From Raillietiella orientalis (lineage: Eukaryota), in the NCBI GenBank assembly GCA_036172245.1, contig JAYWIR010000039.1, forward strand, positions 930,001 through 994,000: a DNA stretch of 64,000 bases, read 5' to 3'. How positions within the stretch are numbered: the stretch's first letter is position 1; each line of letters begins with the position of its first letter. Below the pieces are notes generated by a model. That model saw nothing but the letters and a program-made list of their open reading frames with translations, did not search any database and was not told where the DNA came from. Positions 23,290 to 37,384 of this stretch are shown here, one piece after another. Both the position numbers and the translations under genes were made by a program.

Positions 23290-26200
23290 TGCAAGGGACG
23301 ATGATGAATACAAGTTCATCTTTCACTGAAAGTTGTGGGCCATTCATCCCAGGCAAAATAAATGACGTCACGCCCAGCTCAATATCAGGTAGAACCAGGG
23401 GATAAATTTATCCATCCTCTTGTTTGATCAGGTAGGGTGATTGCATGAATTTCAAGGATTGCTTCGCATTTACGATTAACATAGTTTTAATTACAAAAAG
23501 CGGGAATAACAGGATTGATACTTTGCAGGCAAAAAATGTGGGATAGCAGAGTTGTGGGAAAGCCAACCGGTACGAATCATGCTTAATCTTGGTGCACTCA
23601 CGCTTTATGCGCTTAAACCAAACTAAGCTCTATCAAACTTCCAGTTCTAATTCTAAAGAATCGCAATGGCCAAAGCCTATCGCGAAAGGAGGCGAAGTAA
23701 AGTTTGGTGTGGCTCTCGCAAAATTCTGCGTCCCAGGAGTCCCAAACGAAACTTCTGGCTGTTTCTATTGAAGGCGTAATCTTGGAAGTGACAGTGCATC
23801 GGGGTCACTGAGCTCGTTTCCTGTCAACAAACCGCCAATTATTATAGCATTCTTAAATATCATATATGTGTGGGAGTAAATGTAAACGAAAGGATACAGT
23901 GGTGGGGACCCATGCATTGAAAAGCGATTTCTTTGAAGTCACATGTTACGTCTCGGCTGTCATTTGTTACGTGCGCAGAGTTCAGTACATGACATTGTCT
24001 TGTATAGAGTGTTATGGATAAAAAGATGACCCGTCTCCTATCAGAAAGCCCCAAGAAAGAACCACGAGAAATGGTACAGTTTTTGCACGCGGAATGAAAT
24101 TCATTAGAAATTGCTAGAGGAAAGAAAAACAAGTGTATGAACCATTCGTACGGATGAAGATCTTTCAGGTCCGTACATACAAAGCAGAAACACCTTTGGA
24201 GTGTCGACGATCAAGTACTACGGCATGCCACTGGAACGGTTCGGAGCTTGATATCAGCTGCCAGTCAGCTAATCCCATTATCCATGACAAGATCAAGATG
24301 GATCTAAAGAAATCAAACAGAAACTTAAACGTGCCTGCACATGATCCTTGGAACGATACGAAAATGGAGAAGGACCCCTAAAAATATGATGCACACTGGT
24401 GATGCATTCTCCATTTGAGGGCTGGAAAGCAAAAGACGTTGATGGGGAAGACGCACCCTCAGTCACTGAAGTCCAAGAAATCGAAATGAGATTACTACTG
24501 ACCACCCTCCATGACTCCGATGATCCTGGACCAAGACGTCGTCGCCCACGAAGACAAAGCAGACACATTGCCCCATAGCAGAGAAATGCTATGGAGACAG
24601 GCCAACTCCAACGATTCGATCGGAAAGGCGACGGAGGCTCACGGAATGAGTAATCTTACGGAATGCCGGTGAATGAGTAATCCCGCTTTCCAGCGCACTG
24701 GTCTGACTCTAGATGAACTGCAGTTTGACGGATTTGTCGATAGAACTGATTTATCACCACGAGACCTACAATCTGTTTGAATCCGTTTGAATCTGTTTGG
24801 GATGAACCATGGTTAAGAATCAAACACTTTCCGAGTGTCGAAGCCATAAACAAGGCGTTCAAAATTTTTTGAATGCACGTGGCAAAGGCTTTTTTTTTTC
24901 CTATAAGCGTACGGAAGTTATAGTGGAAAGATGGATCGAACTCATCCTTGAAGGCCAAAAAATATTTGCTTTTTCCTACAGAATAAAAAAATTGCAAAAC
25001 TTTGTACCTTTACTTTTTGATGTAGTTCCTCATATCTAAATGATTCGTATGTTCACTCATGCGAGTATCCTATTAGAGCACTATAGAGGAGGCGAAAATC
25101 AGGTATGAGTAAAATCACTTAAATTGCTGTTTTAAGTTCCTAAAACAGTGCTAAGTTTCAAAGTACTAATCATTCATTCACATCTTCCATGCAAAGCTTT
25201 CAATAGCTTCCTTAAGACACGTGCATTTTTTTTTTTTTTTAACTTTTCAGTACACTTGATAATAATTGAGAATCCAAAATTGTATGATGGTACTCATGCA
25301 GAGACTAACTTGCTTTATTGAAATGTCTTTTTTGCACATTTTTGCAATGCTCTTGGAACCGGTCGTTTTCCTTTCAAGCGAGCTGAAGAATAGTCTCCCT
25401 AAATTCGAATATTGCTGAAAAATTAGCCATCCTTTCATTTGAGTTTCCATCTCAAATAACTTGAAGTGCATTGAAAAGTTTATGAGTGCTCAAAAAAATG
25501 AGAAAAATGACCGAAACTAACAAAAGTTATCTCTACCGATAAGAGCTGTCGAAATTCGAATCGAAAGCACCAAAAGTTGCAACTAATCATGTCTTCTGAA
25601 TTTCTTTCAGTTTTTTCCGAAAAGCTTTCGATCCCATTTCAGGAAGCCCATTTAGGCAGTCAACTGATTCTGATTGGAATTCATTACTGTTTTCAGAGAA
25701 CTTTCGAGCATATGCCGGAAATGACGTTAAAATCGTAAGAGCGATTCTTTGTTTCTTAATTAACCACTCTTAAAAAGAATCTAACAGGCATTCATAAAGT
25801 ATTCCATGTTTTCTTCAACAGAGATGAGAAAATTTCAATTTCAGCAAAATAAGATTTAGCGAAAATACATGTGAGTTGAAGGCATCGTTTAAGATTTTTT
25901 ATTTGTTTTTTCTAATTCACCGACACTGGCAAACTTCATTAGGTAGTCAGAAATATCTGATAAAATGAATAAAACCTAAATCATATACTGAGATTTGATT
26001 TATCATGATTCTGATTCACGACTGGCATTTTTACATGCAAGGTTTCAAATGGAACTTTTAAATGAGTTATCAAGAACTATCTGGAATTTCACTTTTGAAG
26101 TTTCAATCATTCTACTTAGAGCTATCATTTGAAGTTTTTTCTCTTTTCATTATTATTTATTCCATAACTGAGAATCTATGTTTAGTAAGGACGTTTTTCC

Positions 26201-26921
26201 ACAAGATGTCCTCTTCGTAATGCCTATTCTTATTAAGGACAATCTAGTATTCAGCCCTGAAAGTTGTTGCCTATTAAAAAATATATTAAAATATTATATT
26301 CATAAGAGTTACATAAAAACTCATGAAAATTTTACATCATATTTTCATGGAAACCGTGGAAATGGAAACCATGGAAATTTTTATCAAATTAAACCGTTAA
26401 TTATAGGATATGACATCATATGATCAAATCATAATGCATGTAAATCATCTTCAAATTGGAAAAGCTTAAGAAGTTTACCCCATTATCACACAATTATTCC
26501 CAATCCATTAAATATATTTTCGAGGAAGTGAACACAGCATTCTGTTCTTCGTCGATCTTCCGTTTCTGAATTTCATTGCATGATTTCTGAACTCTACTCT
26601 ATCCACAAAAATTTAAATGGACGTATGACATTAATTTTGTACTACAATCAGGCTTGAGTTTTATCTTTTTGTATAACAATCTTGAAATTATATAATAGTA
26701 AAGTTTTTATTGTTTTTTTCTAAATTGTATAAATAGTAAAAACAATCTCTAATTGTATACCTGGCTGCTCTGCTGTTTGAGAATTTACTGCGGATTATGA
26801 ATGCATAAACTCAATGTTGATGAATTATGAGATGGAATTCTTTTCAAAAACGCTGACCACCCTTAATCCAGTGTTCGTTTTTGAACAGTTTACTGCTAGC
26901 TGAACTTTTAGTACTGTATTC

Positions 26922-28741
26922 ATGGCCCGCCTTACAAATACGAAACGATTTCATGTAGATGAAGCAGAACTGAAATGCAAAAATGGTTGTGGATATTATG
27001 GAAATCCAGCTTGGCACGGGTATTGCTCAAAATGTTACCGTGAATTCTATCAGAGAAAATTAAGTCAGTCGAAACGGAAGTCTACGCAGTTGTTTGCCTC
27101 TAGGTAACATACTTATTAATTTGAAGTTAAACGAAATTCTTAAAATTATAGACCAGAAACGTCGCAGAGTTGGTCTCTCAAAGAACCCTTCCCAGAGAAA
27201 AACAAAGCAGGCACTTCGGGTCCAAAAGGTGAAAACGAAATCCATGTAAAGACGAAAGTATTCAAGAATTCATTTCATGAAGGTTGCTTTTACTGTGTAG
27301 TAATACTGTTTGGAAAACTTTTCATCTGAAATAGATATAACTGATGTGTTCAGTGGAAAAGACACGAAATTTTCAAAGGAATTTTCTGCATTTTTAAAGA
27401 GTCTGAACTCTCCAGCTGCCCAAGACATACAACGTTCTATCCATGTTTTCATTGATCGATTAAAACAAGAAACAAGTATTTCTGTCGACCAGCTAACTGA
27501 ATTAATCCAAGATTTCTATCAGGCTATTGGAGAACGAATGATGCGGAATGCTGCATTTCAAGGCATGTTCACTGCTAAATGGGAAATAATATTTAAAGAG
27601 TCTAGATTCACACCAGCAAACTCTAGAAGATCTTTTAGATTCAGTAGAAATATATGTAATGTCTCATTTATATGACACTGTTTTTTTGAGTATCTCGGCA
27701 ACATTGGAAGAAAAAGATATTCAATTACAAAATAGGTAGATAAAAATTATTCCAGAACTTAACTCATCCAAAGAAAGGATCCGTAGCTTGCATTGGGTGT
27801 CAGCAGAGCACTTGGAATGTGCAATTGACCACCATTTACTCCAAGTACAGGAAGCTATGCTGGAGGCTATCACAGGTGTGTGTTTATTTCATTTTCTGAA
27901 TTAATATTAAGTTTCTAGCCATTATTGAAATGGATTCCAGGGCTGCTCCAAAGGACAAGATGGCTGCTATAGTATGCTGCAGTGAGGCTACTTTCATGAT
28001 GCTACAATTATCCCAGGGAAGACCTGCTTCTGCGGATGAATTTCTTCCTGCTCTTATTTATGTTGTGCTACAAGCTAATCCTCCTCGTTTGCATAGCAAC
28101 ATCAGCTACATATCTCGGTTTTGTAATCCAGCACAATTATTGACAGGACAGCCAGCATACTGTTTCACAAATCTAAGCTGTGCTGTCAGTTTCATTGAGC
28201 AGTTGAATGCTGTTCACTTGAATCTCACAGAAGATCAGTTTTGTCGATACATGAAAGGAGAGGCAGTATCTCCTTCCGCATGGCACCAAAAATCATTTCA
28301 CTCAGAGGCATTGCAGCAGATGTCTCAAAAACTGTCTTCTTTGCATGCTATACATCAGAGGAAGCAGACGCTCTTAGAAGAAGCTGCTCATTTGCATCAG
28401 CATATTTTTGACTTTCAGGTAAAATGTTCTCATAGAAACTGTTTAGCACTATTCTTTAGGACCAATTCGGTGATCGCATAGAAACTGCTCATCAGCTGTG
28501 TTTGTGGCTGTTGAAGGATTCATCTGAGGTACTGACTGACAAAGATGCTAAAAAACATGCAAATGCTTCTTTGCTGGACGAAGTTACACCTGATAATCTC
28601 GTGAAACTGCCAGAACCTATTAAACCTGTATCATATACTGGATTTACTATCCAAGGAGGTCAGATCCAAAGCATACCATGTGAGACAGCATCCAATAAGG
28701 TAACTAGACAACATGATCTACATAATGCTGGAAGCTCATGA
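26922..28741 (+). CDS. RABGEF1: Rab5 GDP/GTP exchange factor (Rabex-5): A20 zinc finger + VPS9 domain; exons 26922-27103, 27152-27282, 27335-27562, 27606-27735, 27778-27875, 27919-28418, 28460-28741
   Basis: zf-A20 [28 protein letters not shown], and VPS9 [55 protein letters not shown]. All six introns (41-52 bp) splice in frame. Confidence 0.96.
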
Positions 28742-28774
28742 GGTGGTGATGTGAATGCTGCCCTACCATTATAT

Positions 28775-28790
28775 AATAAATCTCATTAAA
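28775..28790 (+). terminator. Candidate polyadenylation signals (AATAAA, ATTAAA) of RABGEF1
   Basis: AATAAA at 28775-28780 and ATTAAA at 28785-28790, just after the stop codon and followed by T-rich sequence. Confidence 0.5.
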
Positions 28791-31700
28791 TAATGAGAAG
28801 TATTATGCTTTGTTTCCCTCTCCCCCACTCATCTACACTTTTTTATTTCTTTAGTGATAATGTTACTTGGAATTCTTGCAGATCGTTTGAATTATGTTTG
28901 GAACCTGGGCAAAGGTTAAAGAATATGATTCATAAATGAAATTGTGAATGCGAATCCTAAAACTGCATGTGCAAAGCCCTTAAGCACTCTTAACGAGTCT
29001 TTCATTTCAAGTGCCATTTTTTTTTTGTGTGCATCTGCTGCAAGTGAATGTATATGACTTGTAATGCCCAAGAAAAAGCTTGTTTGGAGATAATTACGTT
29101 TGCAGCTTTTGGAAGTCTGAAATAATAATCATTATGAGCTCCTTATCAGGCAGGCACACTCAGCAAAAGTGTTGGTGTCAATAGCAACAAAAAAAAAAGC
29201 TCAAAAAGTCATTAACTTTGAGAGTTGAACTGACTTTGTTAAATGTGAGGACATTTTGTGTGGCAATAAGCATAGTTTTTGATATTCACAGCACTCTACT
29301 TGTCATTTTAGTACGCTTTACGTATTAGATCGGTTTAGAGCATCACGTTCATTCAAACATACATCGGTCAGAGGCACTCTTCTATTGAAACAAACACAAA
29401 GTCTTCGTGTACATCCAAAATACGTTTCTTTCCGAGCTTTAGACTGTGCTAGAAATTGTGGTTGCCACAATTACTGAAAAGCAGGATTTTCATCCCCAGA
29501 CTCCTTGCGAAACCCACTTGTGGAAAACTTGCGGAAAACTGTCGCGATTTCGGGTTCTGTTCCCGGATTAGGACAGGCAGATCATTGATCTGACACAAGC
29601 ACACAATCCCACCCACCCGTACGGTACGTCGAGTCACGGTTTTGTCATCCACGAGTAGGTCAGTACCAGCCAGCCGTGCGTTTGAAGAAATGGTTGAAAG
29701 AAAGCAAGTCCTCATAGCTCCATGCGACTGTACCATTACAACATTTAACTGACAGGCGTTGGCGGGATCAGATGTTCATGCCGGATCAAAGTGACATCAG
29801 CATCAGGAGCCTCAGATCCGCATAATCGAATGCTGTGTTCGACCGACTACTCGTTCGCCCCACTGTTTGCGCCATTCACCCGCGTGGATGCAACAGGAAG
29901 CCCCAACTGCACATAAAATCCCCACTGCTTGACAGTTGCCGTAATGGTTATTACGCACACTTTCAAATAAAGAAAGGTCACCAGCTTTGCTGCCCCGCTA
30001 AAGAATATCCTGCATGCCCTACTGCTTTATGATCAACTCATGTCTCTTCATGCAGGTTCAAGTGAATGATTCTCTTAGGTGATTTGAAAAGCTATCTTTG
30101 GAAGCTTGCAGGATTCAGGAAAGAGGATGCACCCTGAGCTAGATTCCAAACCTTGGAACGCACGCTGTAGATGTTATTTAATTGACTTCTTATTCTCCTT
30201 TCTACGATTATGTATGCTGCACTGAAGAAAAGCTGCCAGCTGGTGTACAAGTCTCACTTCGTCGTTCAGGATAATCTCTAACCCCCCCTCCGCCAAGAAT
30301 ATTCTTTTTTTTTATGATTCCAGATTCGACTTATGCGCGAAGGTTTCCCCTTCCACGTCGTTCTCAAACTTTTGGCAAACGGTCCAAACGACTGAATGCA
30401 ACATCCCAGTTATGAATCTAAACGTATAAACCATGGAAATGCAGGCATCATTAGAGCGAAACTAAAAAAAGGAGTGGAAATTATTCGTATTAACTCACAG
30501 TTTTTCACAATATGGGACAGGCGTCCCCTTCCTTGTCAAGCATCGGATTCAAATTTCTTGCAAACTTTTGAAAAACGTACTTTTTCAACGATTCTTCTTG
30601 GAGAAAGGAACATCGGAAAGACATTTGCTCCTTACTGCTACTGTGGTCGAGATTTGAATGTCGTTATTTTTTTTCTTCGCCTGCGCGTTCCCTCCCCGAA
30701 GCGGAAGATTTCAGTACATTTGAAAGCTGGGTGGGACGAAAACCGGAACTGGGAATCACCGAGAGGAAGCTTCCATTCACTGGTGATGCAAACTGTATGT
30801 CCAGTGATGCACGTTGTAAGTTTTCTGAAAGCTCACGCGATGCTCTTTAAAACCCAAAGTTTGGTGCCAGAGTGAAATCTGGGATTCCATTTTCCCACAC
30901 TTGGTGCCTCATTTGCTCCGGCTTAGTGACAAATTCGGTGCTGAACTTTGAAAAGAAACGAGGGCAGTAGAGTGATTCAGTGCATGGCCTCTACGTGTAC
31001 AGCTTTCCTACATGAGCGCCTACAAGATACATGTAGAATATTATGAAATTACAAATTACCGAGCTCCCTCCTCCAAGCCGCTTCTCGGGAAACGCTTTCG
31101 GAGGGATCTCTGCAAGAGCCAAGCGTGGGCGGATTGCCCCGTCGAGACGTTCCGCTGCCGCCGGAGGCCTCACTGCGCGAAGAAGCGGTTACCCGCCTGC
31201 GGTTGCCATCACTGCCTTGCCGAGAAAAAGAGAGCGACGGGATGCTGCGTCGAGGCTGATCAGCTGTTCACCTTCCCAGCCTCCCTCCGACCGCGTGCTT
31301 TGCGGCTGCTTCGAACCCCCAAGCCCGGATGCTGCACCTATCCGCATGCTTCGTTCGAAAGACGTGCTCCCTCGCGTGTAGGGGACGGAAAGTGTACGGC
31401 CAAGTTGGACACGGGCGTGTGTGAAAAGCTCTTCGGTTGTCCAGCTTCCCCGAGGGATGCCCCGGCAAGCTGTCCCTCGCATCTCGGAGGAAGTCTTCCT
31501 GGGGTGCCGAACCTTCCAGATTGTCGACTGGTGGCGACCGGCGTTCCGTGTCGTGCTTTGGAGGGCACGGGTGTGCGTGCTGCTGTGTATCTGTTGCCTG
31601 GGAACGGCTGACGAAAGTTTTTTTCCGTGCCTGCCACACTATCGGTCTCGAAAACGCACGCTTTCCTCTCTTAAAACATTTTGGTGCGTTCAGCAGGGTA

Positions 31701-34124
31701 TTGTCGGTTCCTCCATCAAACGAGGGAAGCGGAAACGTTCTTTTAAACCGGTTTGACTTTGTGATAAATGATTCTGTTCACTAAGCAGTTTACACTGAAC
31801 CTGGTTGTGCGTATTTGTTGTGTACATTACATGGCGTCTGCTATCCATCAGGAACAGAGGAAAGCTTCTATTCCTTCTGTCATAAGTGTAGTTGCATTTG
31901 TGTCAGAGTTCTGTTGACGTTCTTCACATGTACTTAGAACTATAAGATTCCTATTTTTTCCTTCTGGTGTGCCAAGCGCTTTCTTAAAGAGTGTTTGCAA
32001 ATATTCCTTGGGGAGCGTCTTACGTAAGCATGCATGCATCAGCGAACACATTTTTTTTTAAAGAAAAAACACAGAAATGCAGTGTACTCATCAAACTCAG
32101 AAAAAAGGCACGGTTCATTATTTTTTAGGCATTAACAAAACTAAAATCATGGTTTCTTCTGCACACCTTGACTTGTCGGGAACCCCGCCCCCCTTCAAAC
32201 CCACTGCCATAATATTTTTCAACTTTTGAGCAGATGAATTTCATAGTTCAGCATGAACTTTGAATCGGAATTGATCATGATCAGAGAAAAGCCTCATCAG
32301 CAGTAGATAACCGGAGTCTCTTCGTCCGTGGTTACCGTTAAGCGTATATCTAACGGCTTCAAACTTCCACTGAACTTTGGACTCCAATACAGACTGGCTC
32401 GAAATCTTTGAATCTCTCTCTTGACTCCATCTAGCAGTGCATTGGAATATGGAGAGATTGGCAACTTAGAGCGTTACGCCATTACGGCTGTGGCTGTACG
32501 TTTTGGTTTGGATTGGCAGAAGTACGAGAGCACGACCTCCCTTTTTTGGTTTCCATGGGAAACAAACGAAGTGCCAAGACGACGAAAAGCCGTGGTCTAC
32601 ATCACATTTTTCTTTACCCACTTTATTTGGCATTGTTTAATTTTCAAGAGAAATTTGATCTTGTTTAATTTTTCTGCATGTAGAGCATGGCAGATGATAT
32701 CTTGTGCAAAGGACTCGATTTTTCTTGTTCCCGAAGGCTCACATGTGGGTGGTAAAAAGCTGATTAAAAGTTTTGCGAATGAACTAAGACAGAAGGAACA
32801 TGAGCAAGAATGTTTTAGCTGATGATCCGCCTTCCAGTCTCCTCTTCCTGCACCGAAAACTTCATCATGTATTTGGAACACCCAAATCTCTACCTCGAGC
32901 GCAGTGGAATTTCCTCGTCCTTTGAGATGGAGACCACTTTCTTGTTGGAAAGTGGGAGTGTGGAGAGAGAGGTGAACTAAAATATGAAGAAATAGGCACG
33001 CAGATGTTCACCCGAATTCCACTTGTTGGTCTTTCGAAATCTCTTGCTAAGGATAAGAGGCAAGCACTACATCCCACAGTCCTTAGCAAACGCTCCACGA
33101 ACTTTTCAGGATCCATTTAAGATCCTTCGTGACCGCACCAAATAGCGAGGGATTTCTTCGGAGTCCTCTATTGAATTGCTTTTCGGCATGGATATCTTTT
33201 CGCCTTCTCATCTGGAATATCCTGAAATGCCAGGAATAATGACAAAGTGCTGAAACCGAAAAGTCTCTGGATGGTAAAGCAAATAAATTGTTCCATAGGA
33301 TTCTCGAATATCCAAGTGAAATGTCAGTTCAGGGCGAAGGCAAAAATCACAACTCGACCAAAAGAGCTCTTCAGTAGGGACAGTAGGTACGTTCAGTGTG
33401 AAACCCAGCCAAATGCTACACCACTCCGTATTGGACTTCCACGAAACAAGCGTGCAGAGTTCAAGCATCCATAAAAAATGGATTCCATCCTTTGCAGCAC
33501 GCGATTTTCCGGCAGACGTGTCTTTGGAGAACACAGTCTGCTCTCGGCGTGCCAGCACGCGATCTCGCGGTGGAACCGAGGGGTTGTAGCGGGTCAGCCG
33601 GGGCAGCAAGACTTTGGAGAACGCTCGCCGCTTCTTCTTCTTCTGGCTGCTGCTAGGCGGTGCTCTGCGAGTCCACAGAACGCTCTCCCATCTGCAGCCG
33701 TCGTAGCGGCCAACTCAGCTTCCGCGTTCGCAAAACTCCCCGCGGAGCGGCAGCTGTGCGCATGGGCTCCGGATGCCACGCGCTCCTTTCCCCCCGGCAG
33801 CATCCGCGGAAAAGGACCGGAGCTGAGAGACCCCCGCGAGTAGTCGCGGGCGAGCCGAAGGCGCGGGGCGGTTCCAGCACGCGCGTGTGCCGGAAGGAGA
33901 GATTGGGCTGCATGTCTTCCGCAAACGGGAGTCAGACTAAGCGCCGACGAGACCTGCGTGCCGCAGCACTCGGACATTCGCTTTCCAAATTTTCGTGAAT
34001 TCCTCGCCACAGCTGCTGCCCCTGATGGGTCCATGCGCTGTTGCGTCTGTGGATTTCCTTCCTTCACTGCTACAGGCGTTTGTCAACCGGGCGTTGCCTG
34101 ACGGTCCAGAGTAAGGAAAGACGG

Positions 34125-34610
34125 AGGTAGTTGGCGGCCGTGTGGCTGCGTCCTCCGCTCGTGGCACCAAGCACTGCCGGCTCAAGTCCTCACGTGGAGG
34201 ATCGACTTGAGAAATGGATGAGTCGTGGGTTTGGAGTCCCCTTCGCAAGATGACGCTGACCAGCCTATTCGAATGAGACACTAGTGGAAGCCGGATGCCC
34301 TTGTTGATGGGCTGGAATTGGATGTTTGACCTTCCTTCCAGAAATCAAAGGGTCTGTTTCCCTCCATCGAGTACCATGGAGCTGGTGGGTTGGCAACTCA
34401 CCGGAGTGTTAAGAAGCGCGCTGCTCCCTTCGGAGAGCGACCCTCCATAGGAATCGGGAAGAGTCCCTTCGGGCTCCAAGCAGGAAGCAGTTTCCTTTCG
34501 GGTTCCCTCTGGAGAAGAAATGAGGAGCTGCGTCCTCCGGGGATCTTCCGCAGAGGATAAGGAAGAGGCTCCCTTCGGGGTTCCCTTCAGAGACAACCAG
34601 GGTGCTTCTG
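34125..34610 (+). mobile_element. SINE-like element, diverged, 3' truncated
   Basis: The head TTGGCGGCCGTGTGGCTGCGTCC is identical to that at about 49325. Body CCTCCATC..CATGGAGCTGGTGG..AAGAAGCGCGCTGCTCCCTTCGGAGAGC. Confidence 0.8.
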
Positions 34611-37384
34611 ATCGAAGGTCAGCAAGCGGATGGTGGTGAAGTGACCAGGATGCAGAGGCACCTCCCCTCTTCCCACGCGCGGTCCTCATATCGGCTCGAT
34701 TCACTTCTGACATCTCGCTCCAGCCCAGAGAGTCACCACGCACCTGAAATGGTCTGGCTTCCCGCAAAGAAGAAAGCGGCGACCCCTGGTTTTCTAGTGT
34801 CCATCACCGAGAGGGGAGAGTGCATCCTGGAAACCGGAAACCTGAAGAATTCAGACCACGCGCGAGCTCTTCTCACGTCCGCCAGGGTGTACCGCGACGA
34901 TGCCTCCTCCCGTTCTAGGAATGGAGAACTGTTTTGGCAGTACTTCCTCCGTTTCAGAAAACATGGGTCGTATAAGTCGCTTCAGAAGGAAAGAGGTCAT
35001 CGATCGTTCAGGGAACTGAAGCAAAATTTAGAACAGGTTAGAGCACTCCCGGTCAGGTCGCTTCCGGTAGAGTCGCCGCAGGTTCCAGGTCGTGCTCTGC
35101 AGGTCCCCTGAGGATGCTGAGGATCGAGCTGGGGGAAGAGAGCGATGACGAACGCTCGTTTCGTGCGCGCCCCAGACTCAACGTAGCTGGCCATAGTTCT
35201 CGCGAGGTGCATCCCGTCTGGCGGCGAGTCCGAAGGACGGAGATCGCGTCAAGGAGGACTAGACGTTCCGCTCTCCGTTCACCTTTGGCAAAAGCGTCTG
35301 ATGATCAACGAAAAAATCGTAATACAGAGCTTAAAAAAAGACTCAAGACGGTTGGCATTTTTGCAACCCTCCATCCTGGAGGCATCCGAAATGGACTGCT
35401 TCCGCATCTGCCGAGGTGCGAAGCTGCTTTTGCAGACAAGGGGAAGGATCTCTCATGCCTCCTGCCTGGTTTTCTAGGGAACAGGGTTTCCAGAAATAGC
35501 TGCCGTGAGAGAACAGACTGAAGAGATGGTTTCAAAGATCCGGGAGCGTGGTGATGCTTCAGGCTCCGCGATGGCGGCCCCATCCGCGCACACCCCACAG
35601 GGCACACTGCCGCTTTCTTCCCAATGTTACAATGAGAGTCGTTGACCAAACCCGTCGAAGGGACAATGAGAGTCAACCGGAGAGTTGGTCGACGGAGCAA
35701 AGAGTCCCCCGTCGGCAAGAGCACTCTTGGGAGCGTTCACTCGAAGATCGGGAGGCGCGCCATGCACACGGCCTCAGGGGATGGGGACGCGTCGGCGCCG
35801 CCACACCCGCCATGGGGGACGCACCCCGCTCGGTCAAGCTAGGCGGATCTCATCTGGGAAGTCCGAAAGGGGAAAGGGAGGCACGCTATCCCAGGAGGAG
35901 CTCTGGATTCCAGAGGCAGCAGTGGAGGACGCTCGCAGTGGTTAGGGGAAACTGTTCGTTGCCCAAGGCGTGAAATGCTGGAGGGTGCAGACGGGAACGC
36001 TCCTTCTCTGGTGCATAGAAAAGAAACGTGTAAGTGTTTGCTGTGCGACCTCCCTCGGCCTTCTGCCCGGCAGCCGAGAAGTCCCTTGAGGCCAGTTGGC
36101 TCCAAGATCCCCAGTTCAAGTCCGCAGCGAGCTGGAGTGGGTTTCGGAGGCAGCGGATCCAGCCTCATAGAGGTCCCCGTCTCTTCGGAAGAATTCTGGA
36201 CCAGGTCGTGTGACAGATGTCCCCGTGGCCATCATCATCCTCGTCAACCCTCTGCCACCCCCGCATCTTCGTCAGCTGGAAATCGATATTTGCGATCAGA
36301 TTGCCTTTCTTTGCTAGGCAACCGCAGGGATAAACACGTCCCTCCTAGGCGGTCGGGCGAGCCGGCGGGCGAGCGCGCAGTGTGCGGGCCGCGCACACGA
36401 GGGCGGTGCAGCACCACGCGGGGACCGCTCTCTGGGCGAGGCGGGCAGGTGAGTGGGCGCGACCAAACCTTCCTTCATCCTAACCTGAGGGAGAAGAGGT
36501 GGCAGGGAGGGGAGAGTGAGAGTCAGAGCTCTCCATTTTCCGTGCACCTCTTCGGTTTGGCAGAGCCACCGGAACCACCGTCACTTTGGTAACGCGCCGG
36601 CCGATCGCGTCTGCCTCACCCCTCAGGGGGAGAAGGGCGATGGAAAGTGCACTTCCCACATGACCTCGCGCCCTGTACGGGCGAGGAGGAGAGAGGAAGG
36701 GGCTGCTTGGGTTTGCCCACCATCCGGCAACGGCCGAACGCGCGCCCCTCGAGAGACGGGGCGGCGCCCTTCCTTACGGGTGCGCGCGCGCAGAGGGAAA
36801 GGAAGGGACTCACCGGAACTGCACTAAACTGGCTCTGTCCACGGGCCTTGCCCATTCCGGTCTTTTTCCAGAGGCTCACAGGGTGCTTCCTCTCTCTGCT
36901 TTGCCACAGTGTCCGAGAGCAACCACGGAGGCGGGGTCCGAAGAGGAGGATCATCAGCATCAGCATCATCATCAGCAGCAGCAGCGGTCGCTGGGAGATG
37001 AAGGACGGCAAACAGCGTCCTCGGTCATGAGGAGGAGCTCCGTCGACCTCACGTTTCCCAGGGAGGAGGGGAAGGAGGAGGACCTCCCTCCCGCGCGACC
37101 CGCTCACAAGTCCCGATCCGGAGAAGGGTGAGTGCCACTCTCAGGAGAGCATTCCTTCCTCCTCCCTCTCCTCCCCCCCGCTCTCCCTCTGTCTCCTGCA
37201 GGGGCGTCTCCTCTTAGCTGCTGCCTCCAGCATCCCAGAGTGACGGGGAGGAGGAAAGTAGTAGTAGTAGTTGTAGGAGGAGGAGGAGGAGGAGGAAGGG
37301 GGGCAGAGGGCTGCACATGCACGAGGAACAGCTCGAGCCGGTTGTCATGGAGGGATGCTGATGACACTGTTCCACCCGGGGCAG

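Noticed and set aside
24290..26600. Possible minus-strand gene divergent from RABGEF1
   Set aside because: Some splice-like signals are present, but I found no consistent frame or recognisable protein.
35297..35316. CTGATGA..CGAAA hammerhead-like core
   Set aside because: There is no stem II and no convincing flanking stems.
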